A DNA stretch of 64,000 nt, from contig CM035361.1 of NCBI GenBank assembly GCA_020137815.1, positions 372,001 to 436,000 on the forward strand, read 5' to 3'. This DNA is from Hormiphora californensis. Taxonomy: Eukaryota > Animalia > Ctenophora. Below, in pieces: positions 56,601-64,000 of this stretch (the first letter of the stretch is position 1; each line of letters starts with the position of its first letter). The notes beneath the pieces are model-generated. The model was not told the DNA's origin. It saw only the letters and a list, made by a program, of their open reading frames with translations, and made no database searches. The translations under genes and the position numbers were made by a program.

Positions 56601-57772
56601 TTATGCCTAGATTATAAAGATTCGGTACATACTATTACTACATGAAATATTTCTTTATTGGTTACATATATTTGTAACCCCCGGCCACCCCCCCCCCCCA
56701 TATTTCTGTGTAGGTGAAGAGTACAATTCTGGATGAACAAAGTGATGGGTTTGAAAGTATTATGAGGTATCTGAAGGAAAACGAAAGCAACTCTAAACCC
56801 AAGAAAGTGACTGCTAAACCAGTCAGAGAATCCGTGCAGAGAATGCTGGAGATTAGTGAGAAAGGTAGGTCAGAGAATACTTGGTAAAGTAACATTTTAT
56901 ATCAACATTGTCGATATGTGAATTCCATTACTAGTAGTAATGAGTAGTAGCAATAGCAGGTACTAATGCATCAGTTATTAAGTTGCCCGGTGCTACTTGC
57001 ACAATACAATTTCTGACCAATACTCTTACATTTATATTTCAACTTATCCGAAATGTTACACTATTTATAAAACGCCCACTAAACTAACCCCACTACACCA
57101 CCACGCTCCACTATCATGGTGGAGTGTAATACCCCTGATATTAGCCCCAACACCACCCCCTCCCCCACCACCCCCCACTACCCCCCCCCCCCCCACTAAA
57201 ACCACCCACCCCCATCCCCCTCATCAGACGGAGAGTGTGTTATCCAAGACATCGCTGAGGGTGCCTCAGTCTCCCTAAACCTGCTGAACCCAGATAACTG
57301 TTTCATTGTCGACCTTGTTAAGCACGTCTTTGTGTGGGTCGGGGGACGGAGCAGTGAGTCGGAGAAACGGAACGGAATGGCATACGCTCACAACTATCTT
57401 AAAGGTATATATGAATAGCTCTGATCTGATTAGACGATTCTGAGAATCATTGAATAAGACTGATTCTTAGCGAAGCGAGAATTTTTATAATTAGGACTAA
57501 AGGATAGGACTCGTCTGAAAATCGAACTATAATTATGACTGTATAGGACTGTATAGGACTGTATAGGACTAAAGGATAGGACTTGTCTGAAAATCAAACA
57601 TTAGTCATTGGCTTCTGCCACTAAAAAGAGAAGATGATTCTAACTATATCTAACCTTTGTTTCATATCTCCTCACTTGATATCTCCATACAGGAATTGGG
57701 TACCCTGATGTGCCAGTTAGCGTCCTCAAACAGGGAATAGATCATCTCCTTATCGACGCACTGCAACAGTAA
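50663..57772 (+). CDS. Gelsolin/severin-like actin-binding protein (three gelsolin domains)
   Basis: Exons 50663-50714 ([17 protein letters not shown]), 50932-51035 (GLRIWRIVQ), 51152-51243 ([13 protein letters not shown]), 51382-51485 ([25 protein letters not shown]), 51809-51969 ([19 protein letters not shown]), 56224-56396 ([12 protein letters not shown]), 56714-56865, 57228-57403 ([14 protein letters not shown]) and 57693-57772. Confidence 0.93.
50802..50838. mobile_element. 37-bp termini-only remnant of the 34817-35073 MITE
   Basis: GTCACCACACACCAAAGTTAATTTGGTGTGTGGTGAC. Confidence 0.75.
52630..52658 (+). mobile_element. Helitron-type 3' terminus
   Basis: Hairpin TTCGCCC-GTA-GGGCGAA, then 8 nt and CTAG|T. 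The 5' end was not located. Confidence 0.55.
53033..53366. mobile_element. Fold-back MITE, TA TSD, related to 37398-37732
   Basis: TA|CCCCCATCAAAAGTTCGCG ... CGCGAACTTTTGATGGGGG|TA. Similar length and a similar TTTTCAGCA/TGCTGAAAA core. Confidence 0.9.
53700..54791 (-). pseudogene. Intronless secreted PAN/apple + Sushi(CCP) domain gene nested antisense in a gelsolin intron, with stop and frameshifts
   Basis: Signal [18 protein letters not shown] and PAN-like [28 protein letters not shown]. An in-frame TGA at 54135-54137 is followed by CVSDIPHNG, a frameshift, and CRKGFRL...[15 protein letters not shown] (Sushi). A further shift leads to a Cys-rich tail. Confidence 0.65.
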
Positions 57773-57966
57773 CACTCTGTTATTATATTCAGCTGCGGAC
57801 GTGTGTATATTGTTAGTGGTACAAAATTAGAGTCGTACTATCATGACGTATGGATATGAAAGATAGTCATAGAGAGTAGGGACAGATATAGTGAACTGAA
57901 AGCTAAAGTAAACTACTTTTAGATTTTCGACTTGTTGTATAGTTATACATTGCCAGATGAGTACTA

Positions 57967-58138
57967 CAGTCGGACCCCGATTTAGGGACACCCTCGGGGG
58001 AAAGGCTCTTGTCCACTAAATCGGGGTGTCCACTAAATCGGGGTCAAATAAGGTTAATTTCCTTTAACGGGGGAAAAAAATCCTGTTCCTAAATCGGGGT
58101 GCCACTAAATCGGGGGGCCCTAAATCGGGGTCCGACTG
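57967..58138. mobile_element. Tc1/mariner (pogo/Tigger-like) MITE, TA TSD
   Basis: TA|CAGTCGGACCCCGATTTAGGG ... CCCTAAATCGGGGTCCGACTG|TA with internal CTAAATCGGGG repeats. Confidence 0.9.
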
Positions 58139-61100
58139 TATTACGACAGTATATATTTCTGTGCCAATTTTATTCTTTTTATGCTCCAATTGAATTTATT
58201 TTGCTGCAATAATTATATGGTAAAATTGAGTTTTTACTTGGTCCTTCCTAGAAATGGGGGGGGTCGGCCGATATTGGCCTTGAATATAAATAGTGGTACA
58301 CACACTTACAATGTCAATAATAAATTAAACAAACGGGGTCAATAAATTATATAAATAAAAGATTTAGTCTATTTGGTAGATACTGTCATCCCGACCGCTG
58401 CTGCCTTCTGCCCTCAGTCGTCCGCGGTGCCCCCTGATGGAAATGGTGACGGAGCGGAAATCGCAATGGAAGCGAGTAGAAACAGAAAACAGTAGAGAGA
58501 CTAATAATAAAGAGAAGAATAGAGTGAGAGAGAGAAGAGAGAGAGGAGAAGATAGAGGAGAGATAGGAGAGTCGAGCAGGACAAGACATCGTCGGGCCTT
58601 TCTAGCCCATTATTTGCCATTCATCGTTCTCTCGCATCTCCTACCGTCTTCCGGCTCGCTTCATCTCACTCCGTCGCTCTCTCTACAGCGTCAGCGCGTC
58701 GCGGCTCTCTTCTCTCTCCTACAGTCTCGAGGATGAGCGCGTCGATCACAACTTGTCGTCCTACCAATCCATACCACCTTCCACTTGTTTTTGCAACTCT
58801 ATCCTTCCACATACTGAAGCCCTACGTCCCACTCCATTTTTTCAGACGGTCTTTTTCAAGAGATACTGATATACATCAATCATATTCACGTACATTTTCG
58901 CGTTCTATCGGCATGAAAAAGAGACCGTGAGGGGACTAGAATCGCACATAGATAGATAGAGAGAGGAGAGCGCGAGGAGGAATGTCGATTTTGAGATCTG
59001 CATGCGGGATGAGATACTATAGAAAGAGAGAGAAGGAAAGAGAGACATCAGAATCCAGTTCTCAGAATCAGGAACGGGCGAGAAGAACCGGAAGATCTTC
59101 CAAGAATTGGGGGTAACGTGTCTTATTGAGTCACACGCTGTGCTACCTGGATATGGCCCTAGAAGAACTAGAGGAATACAGCTATCCCGTATTATAGCTC
59201 TGCAAGGGACGCCTCTGGTTCTGTTTATGTTTTTCGTATGGTTTAGTATAGCGTTGTGTATTCCGTGGTTGTTGTTGCAGAATTCATTTACTACGTTGTG
59301 GACAGAGGATTCTCTGTTACAGGGTCATTATTCTCAAATCGCATAGTTGTGTATGAATGTGGTGTGACGTGTCCAATAAGAGAAATACATAATTGAATCT
59401 AATAAAGCTAAAGAAGGGTATAACCTGCCCTATATATCGGTATCCTATATCAATTGCCTTGTTCTCATCGTGATATCTCCGAGATAATATATGTCTCCAG
59501 ATCTCGTGTATCACCCCGTCCTTTTGGGGATGTCAATTTTACCAAGCACTCACTCCATTTACAAGAGATTCAAAATAAAATGTGTATTAGCGTGCAAGCT
59601 CATATATAGCACTCTCGAGTAGTGGTGAATCACAGTAAAAGGGGATGTACTCGCAGTAAATGGTATTCATACCACTATTATAAATTCGTGTTCAATCGGA
59701 TCACACGGCAATCCTCAATATATAGATTAGATCAGATCTTGTTGCTCCTAAATACATGTCTGCAGCTGGTACCGAGGGCGTATAAGTTAATTTTGAAGTG
59801 AAAATTCCTTGAAAATCCGCGAAACTAATTTTCTGAAAACCGTTGGTATTCAATAACAAAAACGTAGGCTGTTTTTCATCTAGAAATGTTTCGGCAATAA
59901 AAAATTGCAATCTGCGAAATATCGTATGCTGGAATCCAACCTTCTTTTAGATTCGCTTCTTTAGATAATGTGGTTCCTTTGGGTCGTATGACCTTCTATG
60001 TTCGATCTTTCAATATTATATACTGGTATCATGCCACCTCCCTTCCAAGAAAGCCGCCATCTGTCGATACCTAGAATGTTTTCTGAACAAACAAGCTATA
60101 TGCCGCCACGCGTCATCATTATCGTATGCTGCATGAGCATCTAGTGTGTCGACTACTCTGTGTTTGTTTTTTGGGGTTAGTATTTGGGTCAGTACCACCA
60201 ACACCGCCACGACAGATCCAGCTCAATTCTTGTATTCAATTTCAATCGAGCCTGATTTAGATTCACAATCTGCAGCTTTTCTGATTTTATAAGAGAGGTT
60301 GCCATGGGGTTGCCATGAGGTTGCCATGGGCGTGAACCCCTGTCGGGGATCCAACCCACGGGGGCAAATCACTTCGTGTCAGGCGACGCCGGCCGCCGGC
60401 CCATTCTGAACACGGGGACATATTTGAATTTGAGACTTATATAGAAAATTTGGAAAGAGTTGTTTCGCTATGGATTCTAGAATGATATTGTGATACTGAA
60501 ATTTGGCTCCTAGCCATATCCCCGGTAGTCTAGTGGCATGTCGTCAGTATATCACAGTATCAGCAGGATACACCTGATATAGGATTACTGAAATGTTTTC
60601 ATAGCAATACAAGCAGCAGCAATTCCGGTAGTATAACGAGCCCCGCGGGTATCTAATGAGGTGTAAACTAGGATGTTAGTTTAGTACCCGTCAACTGGTT
60701 AAAAAGGTCTTTTGATCTTGATGTTTTATAAGCTTGTTGGCTTGTAATCTTATGAAACGTTTCATGCTCGCCAGTCGCCTTGTATTTAGTTATCCATCAG
60801 GCCATTATTGGGTGACAACTTGTCACCCAATTATGGCCTGATGTCACTGACAAATCCCACGTTTACTGAAACAATTGTTGTGCATGCCTTAATATTGGTA
60901 TTTCTGATCTTTGATCCGGATTTGAAAGATATTGTATTCAACGTTTCTAGTTAGATTTAGAAGTTTGTATCCTGGTAGAGTGCTCGATCCGGGGATGCGG
61001 AGAGCTGAACTCAATATTCAACGTTTCAATTGTTTGACACTGCTTCCCCTACTTCGTATGAGCATGAAAAACTCACGTGTTCCTCCCCCTTTCCCATAGT

Positions 61101-62137
61101 AAGATGGGTGTGTTACAAAGCTCCAAACCCCTGGTACCGGTTACAGTATTCTGGTGTTGTCTGGGAGCCATCTGTAACTCTACCATGGCATTCTCTCTGG
61201 GGATCCTACAGAATTATCTGTTCACTGCATTCGAGTGGAGGAAACTAACTGTCAGTCAAACATCAATGGCTGTAAGTATAGTGAAAGAAATTATTTGGTA
61301 CGATTTGTAGAACTATGTTTGTGTCTGAGGGAAGTGACTGAGTCAGCATAATTGCATCGTTAGTACACTTCAAAACTCATTTTACAATTGACATTTGACA
61401 ACCCATCTCTATATTCCCTCGCTTGACAGAAACAAACGATACTACCATTGACAGGACCCTGAATTTGACTTCAAGGTAGGAAAATGACAGTAGCTGTCTC
61501 ACATATATACAATTCATATTATTTCATAACTCCTTTCTCTCCCCTACTTTAGCTGACGTCTGGTTTTTAAATTTTTTTGAAAGTTATTTGCTTGATAAAA
61601 CTATCATGTCTTTTTAAATTTTGGGCTACTCCCTGATCATGCTACACAGTGTTTAGTACTACTGCAGGTGTGTCGATGAGGGTTTACAGAGTCCAGCTGT
61701 ACAGGCCCTGTTTTAATCTACAACGTAGCGACCTTTTATCTGACCTCGATATCTAGTTTTATCTGACATTGACATCTAAATTTACCTGACCTCGACCATT
61801 CACCTCTCTGGTTTCGTGATTTTACTTTTAATAGCTGCAACCCTGTAACGACTAAATCGTTGTGGTTTTAACTAAACTACCATCTCAACATTTCGCAATT
61901 TGTTTCTCTCTCTTTCTCTCTCAGAGTACTCTCACATTTGTTAATAAAGGTCTGGATCTAGTTAAACTAGATTAATTAAGTTTACTAATTAATAACGAAA
62001 CCAGATGAAGATACCATAACGATATTAAACTAGGGATCGATTAAATACATCGCGGGAGTGAACTCAGCTACCCACATCTGCTTAGTTTGACATTGTAGTG
62101 GGGCGACGGAGAAATTAGGAGGGAAAGAAAAAGAGCA

Positions 62138-62385
<248 letters not shown>

Positions 62386-63331
62386 ACAATCCTGAAGAGC
62401 CTGTATTTCTATGGACACCAGCTGTGTCCCCTATTGTTCCGCCCTTCCATCAATAACCTATAGTATATTTCATTGAAACTACTCTTTTGCAATATCCGTT
62501 ATTGTTATTGTTATTAGAAATTGCCGATCCGAGCATTCTATATTTTGAAGTTTTAGTTATTAGTATTCGTTAATCATAATAGGCAATAGCTCGTTTTATT
62601 TAGAGTTGGTAGCGATAGAAACACTAAACTATTTAGGAGGTATATGGGTGCGGTCCTTTGGTGGGGAAACAGATTCATCTCGAGATAAACGGAGAGAGCT
62701 AGAGATGGGGGAAGAGAGGTAAAGATTAAAGAAAAGTAGAGAGACATGGACGTAAAGAAATGGATGCATTAAGAAACATATATATCGTTTGACAAGCAAT
62801 ATAAAACCTTTTAGCTTCACGTCGCTGAGACAGTATATAAATTCTTGAAAGTTCATTTGTACATAAAACTATATATTGAAACTTTTCAGCCCATACGGTT
62901 GTTGCACAATAAATAATGCATTCTGTGGTTGAGAGGATTCCGGCCTTAAAAAGTAAAATTGTTTTTCGCATATATATTAGTTTCAAGGAACGGAGTGGAC
63001 AATTCATAATGCATTATAGGAGGGGGGGGGGGCATACGACCATCAAAAAATTGTAGATAGTTTCAATTTCCTTTCAAGTATGTATACGACCATCAACATT
63101 CAAATCTTAACTGGTAGAACACAGTTCCCCTCCCTCACTGGAAGTTTACTGGTAGATACAGTACAGTGCGTCTAAAGTGTGCATGGAGGGGTGGAGTGCC
63201 AAGAGGCGGATGTACCATATTTCGTGTGACAGCTTAGAAAAGAGGATGGAGGGATAGAAAGAAAGGGAGAGAGAAAGGGAGACGAAAGGGAGGGGGAGGA
63301 AACGAGAGAGAGATAGAGGTAAATTATATGC

Positions 63332-63365
<34 letters not shown>

Positions 63366-64000
63366 AACTAGAACTGTAGTTAACTCGTACTGCAAGCTTG
63401 TTTATTGCACACCTTGCGTAAGTATAATTTCGAATTAGAATTGTTTCGAGTTATAAAATAATGAACAGATTTCTTGTTTTTAGCCTCTATACTAATGATC
63501 ACCTCATTTTGCATTCTTAGAGCATCAACCGTAATATCCTAATACAAAGGGGGTATAATTAAAGCACCATGACAATTATTACAGTGGGGGTATAACTAAT
63601 GCACCATGACATTTACAGTGGGGCTAGATCCCTCTAATAGTCTTTGAGATCTTTTGTAATTTTAATTTGGTACGCATTTTGAATGGCACAATTATGCATC
63701 AAAGAATTTTCAGAATATAGACCACCTATGTATTATATTGATCAAAGTATTCAATACCTTTTTATTGCCTGCTTTATCCTTGAATAAACTAAATTAATAC
63801 GTCACTATAATATACGCTCCTTTTGTTAATTTCAAACAAAGCTTTTACTCTGGCTTTGTGTTACTGTTAGTATCTAAGCGCATTATATTGGAACGCCATA
63901 ATTTTCTAGGATAATTCTCAACACAATATATTGCATTTTTGAAGGTTTGATTGTATTTTGTTTTAGTTCCAGCTCAACTGTATGAAGCCCAAAATGTTAC

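Overview
Animal (eukaryotic) genomic DNA with short GT-AG introns, many (GA)n microsatellites and very dense fold-back MITEs. A ctenophore origin is my inference from gene content and style and is not proven. The ORF track is mostly uninformative, so genes were assembled by hand from splice sites. Genes found: (1) a minus-strand secreted protein joining a saposin-A-type (SapA) motif to an Ig domain (ATG 6179, running into unreadable sequence below about 1786); (2) a multi-exon adhesion GPCR (8513-21610) with Cys-rich repeats, HormR, an intact GPS motif, 7TM and a PDZ-type C-terminus; (3) an LDLa-repeat rhodopsin-type GPCR without LRRs, broken by a hAT insertion and a frameshift; (4) a small secreted-protein ORF or pseudogene; (5) a six-exon DUF445-like membrane protein; (6) a three-domain gelsolin/severin-like gene whose long intron hosts an antisense, intronless PAN+Sushi pseudogene. 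Mobile DNA includes two copies of a hAT element with 8-bp TSDs, TA- and TAA-target MITEs, and a cluster of abutting non-autonomous Helitrons. Several homopolymer-mosaic blocks look like sequencing or assembly artefacts. I found no new prokaryote-style system. The best leads are the SapA-Ig architecture, the intron-containing DUF445 gene, the splice acceptors just upstream of several ATGs (possible SL trans-splicing), the Helitron junction cluster and the nested gene.
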